Origin: Eledone cirrhosa
Taxonomy: Eukaryota
Direction: 5' to 3'
DNA length: 64,000 nucleotides
Assembly (NCBI GenBank): GCA_964016885.1
Contig: OZ024761.1
Location: 3,100,001-3,164,000, forward strand
The notes under the pieces are model-generated. The model did not search any database. It saw only the letters and a list, made by a program, of their open reading frames with translations, and had not been told where the DNA came from. Position 1 is the first letter of the stretch. Each line of letters opens with the position of its first letter. Below, in pieces: positions 42,595 through 55,800 of the stretch. A program made the translations under genes and the position numbers.

Positions 42595-42750
42595 ATGAGT
42601 GTTCCAGTCGTTCTGTCAACGAAACAACCAACTCATGAAATTAACGTGTGACTAAACATTCCCATAGACACGTGTACCCTAAGTGTAATTCTCAGGGAGA
42701 TCCAGATGACAGATTGACAAAGCTGGCCCTTTAAATTACGAATACAACAG
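42595..42750 (+). repeat. Interspersed repeat (SINE tail-like), related copy at ~52580-52700
   Basis: Shared AACGTGT...CATTC..CAGAC(A/G)CGTGTA...TGTAATTCTCAGGGA. Confidence 0.6.
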
Positions 42751-42842
42751 TCCACCCCAGAGGCTTGCAAAGAGGTTTTTTCCGTCTACTCAGATTCATT
42801 CACAGTACATTGATTGATCGATCGATTCGATTCGAAGCTATG

Positions 42843-44185
42843 GTAAAACACGGAATGTCCCGCAATGGGATTGAACCTTGGAGGTAATGACCGCTGAGTA
42901 AAACACGGAATGTCTCGCAATAGGATTGAACCCTAGAGGTAATGACCGCTGAGTAAAACACGGAATGTCCCGCAATGGGATTGAACCCTAGAGGTAATGA
43001 CCGCTGAGTAAAACATGGAATGTCTCGCAATGGGATTGAACCTTAGAGGTAATGACCGCTGAGTAAAACATGGAATGTCTCGCAATGGGATTGAACCCTA
43101 GAGGTAATGACCGCTGAGTAAAACATGGAATGTCTCGCAATGGGATTGAACCCTAGAGGTAATGACCGCTGAGTAAAACACGGAATGTCCCGCAATGGGA
43201 TTGAACCCTAGAGGTAATGACCGCTGAGTAAAACACGGAATGTCCCGCAATAGGATTGAACCTTGGAGGTAATGACCGCTGAGTAAAACACGGAATGTCT
43301 CGCAATAGGATTGAACCCTAGAGGTAATGACCGCTGAGTAAAACACGGAATGTCTCGCAATAGGATTGAACCCTAGAGGTAATGACCGCTGAGTAAAACA
43401 CGGAATGTCTCGCAATAGGATTGAACCCTAGAGGTAATGACCGCTGAGTAAAACACGGAATGTCCCGCAATGGGATTGAACCCTAGAGGTAATGACCGCT
43501 GAGTAAAACATGGAATGTCCCGCAATGGGATTGAACACTGGAGGTAATGACCGCTGAGTAAAACATGGAATGTCCCGCAATGGGATTGAACACTGGAGGT
43601 AATGACCGCTGAGTAAAACACGGAATGTCCCGCAATAGGATTGAACCCTAGAGGTAATGACCGCTGAGTAAAACATGGAATGTCCCGCAATAGGATTGAA
43701 CACTGGAGGTAATGACCGCTGAGTAAAACATGGAATGTCCCGCAATGGGATTGAACCCTAGAGGTAATGACCGCTGAGTAAAACACGGAATGTCCCGCAA
43801 TGGGATTGAACCCTAGAGGTAATGACCGCTGAGTAAAACATGGAATGTCCCGCAATAGGATTGAACACTGGAGGTAATGACCGCTGAGTAAAACACGGAA
43901 TGTCCCGCAATGGGATTGAACCTTGGAGGTAATGACCGCTGAGTAAAACACGGAATGTCTCGCAATAGGATTGAACCTTGGAGGTAATGACCGCTGAGTA
44001 AAACACGGAATGTCCCGCAATGGGATTGAACCTTGGAGGTAATGACCGCTGAGTAAAACACGGAATGTCCCGCAATGGGATTGAACCTTGGAGGTAATGA
44101 CCGCTGAGTAAAACACGGAATGTCCCGCAATGGGAACCTTTGAGGGAATGATCGCCGAGTCAACCCCTTAACCATCTCGGCCATG
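42843..44185 (-). repeat. 55-bp tandem satellite (~23.5 copies) derived from a tRNA/SINE-like Pol III promoter
   Basis: Unit GAGTAAAACACGGAATGTCCCGCAATGGGATTGAACCCTAGAGGTAATGACCGCT. The minus strand has GGTTCAATCCC in each unit and a single TGGCCGAGATGGTTAAGG at 44185-44167. Confidence 0.9.
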
Positions 44186-44754
44186 TTTCTGTCCACACAG
44201 AACATAAAACTCCGAAATTCAATACTTTTTTTTCTTCGTTTGTTCATGATCTTCGGAAAATGTAACAGCACATAAAACTATCGGGGTATCACTGCAGTAA
44301 TTGCAATTTCATCGATATATCACAAAGTACTGTGAACTCCTTTGAAATATATGCCATCATATCGTATTGCAGACTCATTAACAAAGAACGAGAATGGATT
44401 TTGAACAAATAAAACATCTTATATTCGCTGTCTGTGATTTTGTGGACATAAAAAATCATGTATAAATTGTACAAAATTACAAAAAAGACGGTGTATATGA
44501 AATAAATAAATGTAAATGATATACCAGTAATTCACCCCCCCCCCCTAGCCCACCCCGCTAACACCACCTTACTCCCACCCTGCCAACACCACCTTACCCC
44601 ACCCTGCCAGCACCACCTTACCCCACCCCACCATCACAATTATTTAACAATGAAATATATACCATGGCAAATTAACGACTCCATTTTGTAAAGGGATCAA
44701 ATATTGACATAATGAAGACGGATTAATTATTTCAGAACAAACTATAAAGATAAT

Positions 44755-45360
44755 GGTTTCTGTTTTAGGCTCAAGGACACAATTTATCTTTTTTGTGTGT
44801 GTGTGGGGGGGGGGGTCGATTACATCGACTCCAGTGAATTGCTGGTACTTTATTTTGGTACCCGTAAGGATGAAGGGCAAAGTTAACTTTAATCTCCTCG
44901 GCATTTGAACTCAGTTCGTAAAGAGACGTAGCCCTATGCCATAAAGCATGTAAAGGGTCGTAACTCTATGATATGTAAAGCATAATGTCCGTCGCTCTAC
45001 CGATTATTGCCAATCCACCACCCTGGCTGCTGTAAAAGTGTCTACTTGAGGCAAAAGGCCAGCAATTTTTTGTGGGAAGGGAAAAGTCAATTAAATCGAC
45101 TCCAGTGTATTACTGGTACTTTATTTCATCGACCCCGTAAGGATGAAAGACAAAGTTAACCTCGACAGGATTTGAATTCAGAATGTAAAGGGCTGTAACT
45201 CTATCTATGCCGTACAGCATGTTGTACAATGCTCTACCGACTCTACTGCCAATCCCTGGTAAATAATGCACTTGTCCAAGATGCCACAAAGTGGAACTGA
45301 ACTCTATGATGCAAAGTATGCTATCTGACGCTCTACCGATTACAGCCAATGCCCCATCCT
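44755..45360 (-). mobile_element. Cluster of Nin-type SINEs (two near-complete plus a fragment)
   Basis: Reverse Nin core at ~44850 and ~45120. Confidence 0.82.
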
Positions 45361-45379
45361 GGCTCCTGTAAAAGGTAAT

Positions 45380-46757
45380 AGAAAGCTATATATCTAGGGC
45401 GGGTAAAATTCCCGAGATCCATGGACGAGTTCTCTCCGGCGGTCTCTGTCCCTCATTATCGCTGCCATGTCCTGCGTCTCCAACAGACCAGTGTCTGTCC
45501 TTAGGACATCAACATACGTTAACCTTGGTCTTCCTCTTCCATTGTGTCCATGTAGGGGCTCCCACAGGAGCACTGAGTGCAATCTCAACTCTGGATGTCG
45601 GTGAGCATGTCCAGCTAATATCAGTCTCCTCTGTGTCACTTTTGAGCTGACTTTTGGGAGGCTCCCATACAGCTCTGAGTTTTTCATCCTCAGTGTATAC
45701 TTATTAATGTTCAGAGCCATCCTCAGCATTCTCGTGTAGCACCCATCCACCATCTGAGTGAGTTTCTTGGTCACTGTCCAAGTCTCAGACCCATACAGCA
45801 GCACAGACTCCACTACAGCAATGAAGAGGCGGATATTCAGGTCTTTACGAACGTCCGACTTCCACACCGATCTCAAGCTGTGGCACGCCGCCCAGGCTTT
45901 GCTCTTCCTCTCAACCACATCATCTTCCGAATCAGTGGAGGATTAGTAACATCGTCCCAGTGCCAAAGAAGAGAGATCTCTCTAACACCAACAACTACAG
46001 GGGGATCTCACTGACGTCACTTGTGGCAAAGACCCTCAACAGGATGATTCTTAACAGGATCCAGCCTGAGATGGAGAAGAAGCTCAGTGATAACCAGAAC
46101 GGCTTCAGAGAGGGAAGATAAACCACCAGTCACATCCTGATGCTGAGGAGGATATTAGAGGCAGCTAGAGCAAAGTGCCTTCCTGCGATCATGGTTTTCA
46201 TTGACTTTAGGAAGGCCTTTGATTCTGTGGAACGGCATTGCCTGATGAAGATCTTACAGGCTTATGGAATCCCCAAGAAGATAGTGGACCTGATATCACT
46301 GCTCTACACCAACACCAAAGCCCAAGTCATTACACCTGATGGGATGACAGAGTTCTTTGAGATACTGGCTGGAGTGCTCCAGGGAGATACATTGGCTCCC
46401 TACCTTTTTATTATTGTAGTGGATTATTGTATGCGCCTTGCACTGGAGAAACACCAGGACTCTGGCTTTACTGTAGCACCGGCTCAGAGCAGGAGAGTTA
46501 AGGTGAAAAATATATCGGATGCTGAATTTGCCGACGACATAGTTTTGGTGACAAATACAGTGAAGGAGGCAGAGTATTTGATGCAGGAGGTTGAGACTGT
46601 GTCGATGAGTGTGGGGCTGAGAATGAATGAGACTAAAACAAAATATCTGATAGAGAATGTTGAGAAGCCAGAGGGGATCACTAATGTAGGCGGGAAGCCG
46701 CTAGAATTGGTTGAGGACTTCCTGCATTTGGGAGCAAAGATTGAGAAAGCTATATAT
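45380..46757 (-). mobile_element. RTE-group LINE, 5'-truncated with 5' inversion, bounded by a 14-bp TSD
   Basis: The C-terminal ORF2 part is on minus (45394-45945: VESVLLYGSETW, LAGH, GRGRP). The RT core is on plus (45947-46743: NYRGISL, DFRKAFDS, GVLQGDTLAPYLF, FADD). AGAAAGCTATATAT at 45380-45393 and 46744-46757. Confidence 0.88.
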
Positions 46758-46779
46758 ATATATATAGATATATATATAT

Positions 46780-46866
46780 AAGCAGAAGGGATATTAAAGT
46801 TGTTGGTAATTCAACAAATATAAATGTGTATAACTATTCAGAGCACTCAACATGTTTTCTGGAGTA
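46780..46866 (-). repeat. Fragment of the PLE-tail family seen at 8451-8540
   Basis: TACTCCAGAAAAC..TTTGTTGAATTACCAACAA..AATATCCC.TCTGCTTATA is shared. Confidence 0.75.
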
Positions 46867-49690
46867 TAATATGTTTTGTTTCTCTCTAAGGCTAACTCTC
46901 TGCTAAAGTCTATCGACTCTACTCTAACTGCTTTCTTGAAGGAGTACCACCATCTGTTGTTGACGATGGCTCTCGTCAATTGTTGCTTAACTGATCTACT
47001 AATCCGTTTACTGTAGGCTTTACGTGTCGGTAGCGACACGTTCAGCTTCCAGTATCCGGGTCCTTGTCTATGTTTTCTAACACGGTTGACTATGCAGATG
47101 ACTAGTTTGTGGTCTGAATAGGCAACCATGTGCATCTGTGCACAGCTTAACATCTTGTCATTCTCTCTAATGAAAAACCTATCTAAATAAGATCTAGATG
47201 TTCCGCTGCGGTTTGCCCACGTACACTGTGGTGCAGTCGGGAAATCTAGTCGATATCTATCGGCCAGTTGGAATTTCCGATTAGATTTTTGAGGCTGTTG
47301 CACCCCCCTCTACTGGGACATGCTCCCACATAGTCCCATCGTGCATCTAGGATACCATTCCAGTCGCCCACTAAAAGTAATGAGCGAGACGTTTCCAGAA
47401 AAGACTCTAGACGCTTAAAGAAGTCTGGTCGCGATTGCGAATGCCCGGTCGGGGCATAAACGCCACCAGTCTGAAGGCTCCACCTCCAATACTGCTCACG
47501 TCTAGGACTACCAGTCTACCCCCCGGGTCCAAGTGTACTTGCTGTACTTCGACGCCCAGGTTTTTCCGAAACATGACAGCCACTCCCTCTCCACTTCCTG
47601 GCTGACAGAGAGATGCGTAGATCTCAAAGTCATTGAAGATGGGGGTTAGTTGCTGCCAGTTGTGGATCCTGGATTCGGTGATGGCTATTGCATCTATACC
47701 GTGTGACCTAAGGTCGTTTAAAAGTTGGCCCTGTTTCCAGGGCATCCCTAGGCCACGCACATTCACACTTCCAACTCGTATGTCAGCCATGTTGGTGGAG
47801 AAGAGTTGGCGAAAAAGGACGAAAAGGTGCACTTACCTTTTAGTTTCCTGGAGATCGGGCTGTTCAATCTCCATTTGGGTGCTGGAGGGGTGTTGTGTGG
47901 GGTGGGGAAGCGTTTCAACAGGACGCGGTTGATGGGTTTCTGGCAGGGGTTGTATCCTTCAGGTCACTATAGGTTTCCATAGAAACCCTTATAAGTTTAA
48001 GGTGTGGAGACGATTCTGCTTCAACGAAAGTTTTGCCCTCCGTCTTCACCTTGGGATTTTGGGAGCTGACCTCCATCAAACTCTTGTTGTTTGTGTTGAT
48101 GTATGCGTATTGTTGTTTGTGTTTTTGTTGTGTCGTTTTAGTTTGTTGTTCGTCCAGGAATTTTCTTTTTATGGTGGGTGCTTGTGTTTTGGTGGTTTTG
48201 ATTTTGTTGGTAGTGGGATGTTTGACTGTGGTGTTGTTTGTGTTGTTGTTTGTGTCTGTGGTTGTGTGTTGGTGTTGGTGATTGGAGTTTCGGGGGTTTT
48301 GTGGTGTTTCTTTTTTTGTTTTTTTTTGTATTGGCTCTCCTTCTTCTTCACTTAAAGAAGGAGAAGCTGCCTCATCTGTTAGTGAATAATCATCGTCAGG
48401 AGTGTGGGGTAGGGGTGTGGTGGTGTTTTGGTGTGTGTGTTTGTGGTAGTGTTTGATGGAGTGGGATGGAGTGGGGCTGTGTTCTTCAGGGGTGTTGTCT
48501 CTGTTGTTGGTTGAGTGGCTGTTTGTTTTGGTTGTTTGCTTGTTTCGTGTGTTGTTGTTGTGGTGGTGGTTGTTGTTTTGGTGTTGGTAACAGTATTTTC
48601 TTTTGGATCGTTTTGTTTGTGCGTGTTTGTAAACGAAAGCAATGTGGTTTTCGTCCCTCAACCGAAATGTTAATGTAGTTGTTGTTGTCGACTAGGACTT
48701 TTTCGGGTATTTTGGAGATTCTCTCCTACCTCATCTGCACCAGGATCTCCAAATTGGTACCCGCCCCCCCTTTGTCTAGTCGACTTCCTGACCGAAAGAA
48801 TTACATCATTTTCTGGCTCCACGAATCCCGCCAAAATCCACCAGATGTTGATGTTTGGTGGTATACTATTTATTTTTATTTTTTGTGTTCTTTTTCCCAT
48901 GTAAGTAGGGGAAAAGGTATGCATTTTCGAAATGATTGGCAGCACAGAATGCTTCTGTGCGAGGGCCTCACTTTTAAAAGGTACCGATATACTTCCATAC
49001 AGTCTGATCCTTTGCAGAAAATCGATGTTTTCCAAAGCCTTCTTCAAGGTAGCCTCAATTTCCTCTTGACTGAGGAAAACTGGTTTTCTGGTATTATTCG
49101 AGACAGTTCTGAAGGCTTCGAACTGTTTTGTGTTTAATTTCCAAGGGTGAGTTTATTTGAAACCCACCCTTTTCTTCAAATGTTATAAATTGTCTCGCAT
49201 CAGACAACATCTGTTTTCAATTGTTGATGTCCAACTCTTTATATTCTGTTTTATTTATCACAGTCTGTGCGAATATTGTTTTTTTTTTCAGTTTTGTTGT
49301 TTTTTTTTCGTGTGTAGTTGTGTTAATTGTTTCAATTTCTTTATTTTCTGTATTTTTGGTGTATGTTGTGGGCTGTTATTTTCATCTTTTGTTGTGCAAA
49401 TATCTATTTCTTTACAAAACGAAGTTTTGTTGTTGTTTGTCTCCATAGATACTTCTATGGAAGTGGAGGAAGATATAACGCTTATATCTGCCTCTTTCCC
49501 CCTCTTCTCGCTGTCAACGCTATCAAGCGTTCTCTGTAAGTCACACATTGTTACAGTTAGGAACATTTTAAAACTTCTCAATAATTTTTTTAATTAAATT
49601 TTCGCCCTACAGGGGCGAAATCAAACAATATAAATTTTCACACAATAAATTCTGCTTTTGTATAGAAAGTTTTACAAAAACTTACCGACG
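46867..49690 (-). mobile_element. Tx1/L1-group LINE: decayed ORF1 plus APE endonuclease of ORF2, truncated before the RT
   Basis: SVNVRGL, AITESR, GVAVMF, GRLVVLD, LLVGDWN, SYLDRFF, YSDHKLV, GPGYWKLN. Upstream (47900-49600) is a low-complexity ORF1-like region. Confidence 0.82.
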
Positions 49691-49709
49691 ATCTATCGCA
49701 CGCCCTGTC

Positions 49710-49779
<70 letters not shown>
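49710..49779. repeat. (GATA)n microsatellite
   Basis: Visible directly. Confidence 0.95.
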
Positions 49780-50350
49780 GTGCAGTGAACCAGTTATTAA
49801 CCGACTGAAAATCTGGAAGCAACAGTTCTTCTCCTCAAATTGAGATACAAAATGAAGGGAACAAAAGGCATTCTTGTTCAACGCAGCAATATTATTTCAA
49901 TTGTGGCGCTGGTTTATTAATTTCACAATAAACAAGTATTTGCTGTTCTGTTGTGGTTTGAGAAGTTTTGGTACGTGTTGGAATTACATGAAATCTTGCA
50001 TTAATGTTTGGAACATAGAAGAAAGTTTGATAGCAAATGGCCAGTGGTAATCTATAAAACCAAACTGATATATGGCGCCATCTTTAAATTATATTTCCAC
50101 CGAATTTATTTTTACTTATTCGTTAAATACCAAAATGGCTAGCCACACATCATTTTAATTAGCATAAGTACAAACCAATGAAAGATGTAAATGACGATAT
50201 TTGCCATCGTCTTCTCACGGGGTATATATGCTATCTCAATGACAAATTTAATTATACAAACAAAAAAAGCTCTAGGAAATTTGAAATACTTGAGATGTGA
50301 AAATACCAAGTGTAGAAACTAACTGCAAACAACATCCGATTGCTATAATC

Positions 50351-50647
50351 CAGTCATGGGCAACCTGCGGCTCGCGAAGCTTTCTGAATGGCTCATTTAA
50401 GTCACCTAAGTGAAATATTTTTGATTTTTTTTTGCCCCAACTTTTCAGTCGTAATTTATCTTTCTATAATTTTTACGGTCGAGGATATAACAACGTGTAC
50501 GAATTTTGAAGAAACAAATCAAAACAACCTGAGTTACCACCTTTTTTTTTAAAATGTGGACATGAATGTAAATTAGCGCTTGCGACCCGCCTGATGATGA
50601 GTCATATCTCATGCGGCCTGCTTCTCGAAAAAGGTTGCCCATGCCTG
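50351..50647. mobile_element. hAT (Charlie-like) MITE
   Basis: 16-bp TIR CAG(T/G)CATGGGCAACCT. 8-bp TSD CTATAATC / CTATAAAC (7/8 match). Confidence 0.85.
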
Positions 50648-51141
50648 CTATAAACAATAGCTTAGAAAATCGGGCAGAAAATATCTGTCAATTGTTTTGA
50701 ATAAAAGGTTAGAATGTCGTGTGAAATATCGTGTGTTCTGTTATTATTTCTGGCAATATTATTACAACAATATGACCCTCCCCAAGTATAACAATATATA
50801 TATATATATTTATATATTATATATGTGTATGTATATGATATAAAATCAAATTGTTTAGAACTACAAGTGAAGTCATTCTTTTTCTTTATATATATATATA
50901 TATAAATATATATATATAAACCTGCCTCACACGTTCCTTTATTTGATGTCATTGTTATAGTAGAATAGATGTTTGTGTGTTTGTTTGTTTGTTTGTTTGT
51001 TTGGTAAATTATGATTTTATCAATGATATAAGCAACAGTTCTTATGACCAGCAGCTTGATAAAACAGGTTTCCACTGTGTTTGTATTCTAGGTAGATAAG
51101 TGTACTCCCGTATCTGTTGCTCCAATACTTGAAATAATAAC

Positions 51142-51166
51142 ATGTGTGTGTATATATGTGTCTGTG

Positions 51167-51231
<65 letters not shown>

Positions 51232-51442
51232 GTGTATCTGTGTGTGTGTGTGTGCATATATGTGTGTGTGTATATACATGTGTGTGTGTATATATGTGTG
51301 TGTGTATATATATATATGGGTGTGTGTATGTATGTGTGTGTGTGTATATATATATATGGGTGTGTGTATGTATGTGCGTGTGTTTATATATATATATGTG
51401 TGTGTGTATATATATGTATGTGTGTATATATGTGTGCCTGTG

Positions 51443-51487
<45 letters not shown>

Positions 51488-51586
51488 GTGTATATATGTG
51501 TGTGTATATGTGTGTGTGTGTGTGCATATATATGTGTGTATATACATATGTGTGTGTGTATATATATATACATGGGTGTGTGTGTA

Positions 51587-51617
<31 letters not shown>

Positions 51618-51632
51618 GTGTGTGTATATATA

Positions 51633-51690
<58 letters not shown>
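51142..51690. repeat. Compound (TG)n/(TA)n microsatellite
   Basis: Visible directly. Confidence 0.95.
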
Positions 51691-51691
<1 letters not shown>

Positions 51692-52101
51692 CAAAGCTTA
51701 ACTTTACAACTTGATTGTAAATTCAAGATTTATAATATATTTTATTTATTTTTGCAATTAGATATTCTAAGCACGATTTTAGACTAATCTTTATTTCAAA
51801 CCAAAACAAATATTTTTGAAAAGAAAGCACATTTATTTGAGCAATGGAACTCCCACAGTTCATATATTTAATATATCAAATATTCATTTTCCCTTTTTAA
51901 AAAATAAACTAAATAAAAATCTAAATCGAAAGTTTACAGTTATATTCTACCGCCCGCCTTTTGCTTACAATATATTCAAGAAAACATCGATGGGGTGGCT
52001 TCATCTTTAAAAAAAACCAGCCGTAAAATTCCAACAAATCACAATTTATCTTCTTAAAAAAAGAATTATAGAGATATTTAGCAATGTAGTGTAGAAATGA
52101 A

Positions 52102-52260
52102 GGTGATGAATTGGCAGAGTCGTTAGAACATCGGACAGAATGCTTTGGTTGTGTTCGTTCCGGCTCTCTTCTCACTCAGATCAAACCCCGCCGAGGTTAA
52201 CTTAGCCTTTCATCCATGCTAAATCGATTAAAAAAATACCAGTCAAGTACTGGGGTCGAT
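52102..52260 (+). mobile_element. Diverged Nin-type SINE
   Basis: GAATTGGCAGAGTCGTTAGA head; CCGCCGAGGTTAACTTAGCCTTTCATCC core. Confidence 0.75.
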
Positions 52261-52379
52261 TCTTCCTCTATATGTACATCTCCCTTCCATTCTGTATCTT
52301 TCTATTCTTCTCTGGAAGAAATCTGCTCTATTCAGACCTGGGAGGAGATCGACCAGATTTTTAAAGTGCCCTAAAAATA

Positions 52380-52520
52380 CTGTAGGTCAATACGGCGTCC
52401 CTAGGACACCCTCACTAGTTGGGGGCCACCATGTAGGTCAATACGACGTCCCTACGACTCCCTCACGAGGTTAGGGTCCATGTAGATCAATACGGCGTCC
52501 CTAGGACTCCCTCATCAGTT
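52380..52520. repeat. 3x ~50-bp tandem repeat
   Basis: TGTAG(G/A)TCAATACG(G/A)CGTCCCTA(G/C)GAC.CCCTCA at 52381, 52432 and 52481. Confidence 0.8.
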
Positions 52521-52825
52521 AAGGCCCCATCCAGTGTTGAAATGTGTCTCTGTTGGTCGCCAGGCTGAGTGTTCTCATCAATAGATCAATATAAACAGCC
52601 TCCGCCTGAATCTAACGTGTAAGTGGCTAAGCATTCTACAGACGCGTGTAGCCTAACTGTAATTCTCAGGGACATTCGGTGTGACACGGTGTCTGTGTGG
52701 CAACAATGGTCTTCAGAATTAGAGGAGAAGTTAATCCAAAAGGCTTCCACACAGTCTCTGTCTGCCAGAGTTTCAGTCAAAGAAAGACATCAATATAAAT
52801 ATCTTGCAAAGACATTCGCTGTTAA

Positions 52826-55800
52826 TGTCCAGTGTCTATATTACTATATACCAGTTATCCAGTGTGTATGTTACTATATACCAACTGCCCAGTGTGTATA
52901 TTACTATATGGCAGTTATGCAGGTGTGTATATTAATATATACCAACTTTCCAGTGTGTATATTACTATATACCAACTGTCCATTGTGTACATTACTGTAT
53001 ACCAGATTTCCAGTGTGTATATTACTATATACCAACTGTCCAGTGTGTATATTACTATATACCAGGTGTCCAGTGTGTATATTACTATATACCAACTGTC
53101 CAGTGTGTATATTACTATACACCAACTGTCGAGTGTGTATATTACTATATACCAGTTACCCAGTGTGTATATTACAATACACCAACTGTCCAGTGTGTAT
53201 ATTACAATACACCAACTGTCCAGTACGTATTTTACTATATACCAGTTGTCAAGTGTGTATATTACTATATACCAACTGTCCAGTGTGTTTATTACTATAC
53301 ACCAACTGCCCAGTGTGTATATTACTATATACCAGGTGTCCAGTGTGTATATGACTATATACGAGCTGTCCAGTGTGTATATTACTATATACCAACTGTC
53401 CAGTGTGTATATTATTATATGCCAGCTATCCAGTGTGTATAATAATATATTCCAACTATCCAGTGTGTATATTAATATAGACCAACTGTCCACTGTGTAT
53501 ATTACTATATACCAGCTGTCCAGTGTGTATAATACAATATACCAACTATCCAGTGTGTATAATACTATATACCAACTATCCAATGTATATATTACTATAT
53601 ACCAGCTGTCCAGTGTGTATATTACTATATATCAGCTGTCCAGTGTGAATATTATTATATACCAACTGTCCAGTGTGTATATTACTATATACCAACTGTC
53701 CTGTGTGTATGTTACTATATACCAACTCACCAGTGTGTATATTACTATATACCAACTGTCCAGTGTGTATATTACTATATAACAGCATTAAAATGTGTAT
53801 GTTACTATATACCAGCTGTCCAGTGTGTATATTATTATACACCAACTGTCCAGTGTAAATATTACTATATACCACTTATCTAGTGTGTATATTACTGTAT
53901 ACCAACTTTCCAGTGTGTATATTATTATATACCAACTCTCCAGCCTGTATATTGCTATAGACCAGTTATCCAGTGTGTATATCACTATATACCAACTGTC
54001 CAGTGTGTATATTACTATATACCAGTTACCCAGTGTGTATATTACATTATAACAACTGTCCAGTGTGTATATTACTATATTCCAGTTATCCAGTGTGTAT
54101 ATTACTATATACCAACTGTCGAGTGTGTATATTACTATATACCAGTTACCCAGTGTGTATATTACAATACACCAACTGCCCAGTGCGTCTTTTACTATAT
54201 ACCAACTGTCCAGTGTGTATATTACTATAAACCAGCTGTCCAGTATGTATATTATTATACACCAACTGGCAAGTGTGTATATTACCATATACCAGGTTTC
54301 CAGTGTTACTGTGTACCAGTTATCTAGTGTGTATATTACTGTATACCAGTTATCCAGTATGTATATTACTTATACCAACTGTCCAGCGTGTACATTACTA
54401 TATACCAGCTGATTATCCAGTGTGTATATTACTATATACCAGGTGTCCAGTATGTATATTACTATACACCAACTGTCCAGTGTGTATATTACCATATACC
54501 AGGTCTCCAGTGTGTATATTACTATATACCAGCTGTCCAGTGTGTATATTACTATATACCAGCTGTCCAGTGTGTATATTACTATATACCAGCTGTCCAG
54601 TGTGTATATTACTACATACCAACTGTCCAATGTGTATATTACTATATACCAGCTGTCCAGTGGGTATATAACTGTATACCAACTATCCACTGTGTATATT
54701 ACTATATACCAGTTATCCAATGTGTATATTACTATATACAAACTGTCCAGCGTGTATATTACTATATAACAGCTTTAAAATGTGTATATTACTATATACC
54801 AGTTGTCTAGTGTGTATATTACTCTATACCAACTGTCCAATGTGTATATTACAATATACCAATTGTCCAGCGTGTATATTACTGTATACCAACTATATAC
54901 TTTTTGTCCTGTGTGTAAATTACTATATACCAGTTATCCAGTGTGTATATCACTATATACTAACTGTCCAGTGTGTATACTACTATATATCAGTTCTCCA
55001 GTGTGTATATTACTATATACCCGCTGTTCAGTGTGTATATACTATATACCAGTTGTCCAGTGTGTATATTAGTATACACCAACTGTTCGGTGTGTATAGT
55101 ACTATATACCAACTGTCCAGTGTGTATATTACTATATACCAACTGTCCAGTGTGTATATTAGTATATACCAACTGTCCACTATGTATATTACTATATACC
55201 AATTGTCCAGTTTATATATTACTATATACCAACTGTCCAGTGTGTATATTACTATATACCAGCTGCCCAGTGTGTATATTACTATACACCAACTGTCCAG
55301 TGTGTATATATACCAGTTACCTAGTATGTATATTACTATATACCAACTGTCTAGTGTGTATATTACTATATACCACTTATCCAGGGTGTATATTACTATA
55401 TACCAGTTATCTAGTGTGTATATTACTATATACCATCTGTCCAGTGTGTATATTACTATATACCAGTTATCTAGTGTGTATATTACTATATACCAGCTGT
55501 CCAGTGTGTATATTACTATATACCAGTTATCCAGTGTGTATATAACTATATACCAACTGTCCAGTGTGTATATTACTATATAACAGCTTTAAAATGTGTA
55601 TATGATTATATACCAGCTGTCCAGTGTGTATATTATTATAGACCAACTGTGCAGTGTGTATATAAATATATACCAGTCCTAGTGGGTTTATTACTGTATA
55701 CCAACTTTCCAGTGTGTATATTACTATATACAAACTCTCCAGTGTATATATTGCTAGAGACCAGTTATCCAGTCTGTATATTACTATATACCAGCTGTCC

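Noticed and set aside
42843-44135. 55-bp array as a CRISPR array or repeat protein gene
   Set aside because: No unique spacers, no cas genes, eukaryotic context. The unit length is not a multiple of 3 and the ORFs cycle through frames.
50591-50630. CTGATGA...GAAA inside the hAT MITE; also CTGATGA at ~37840 and ~41046
   Set aside because: No stem II directly closing onto GAAA, no palindromic stem III and no stem I; chance matches.
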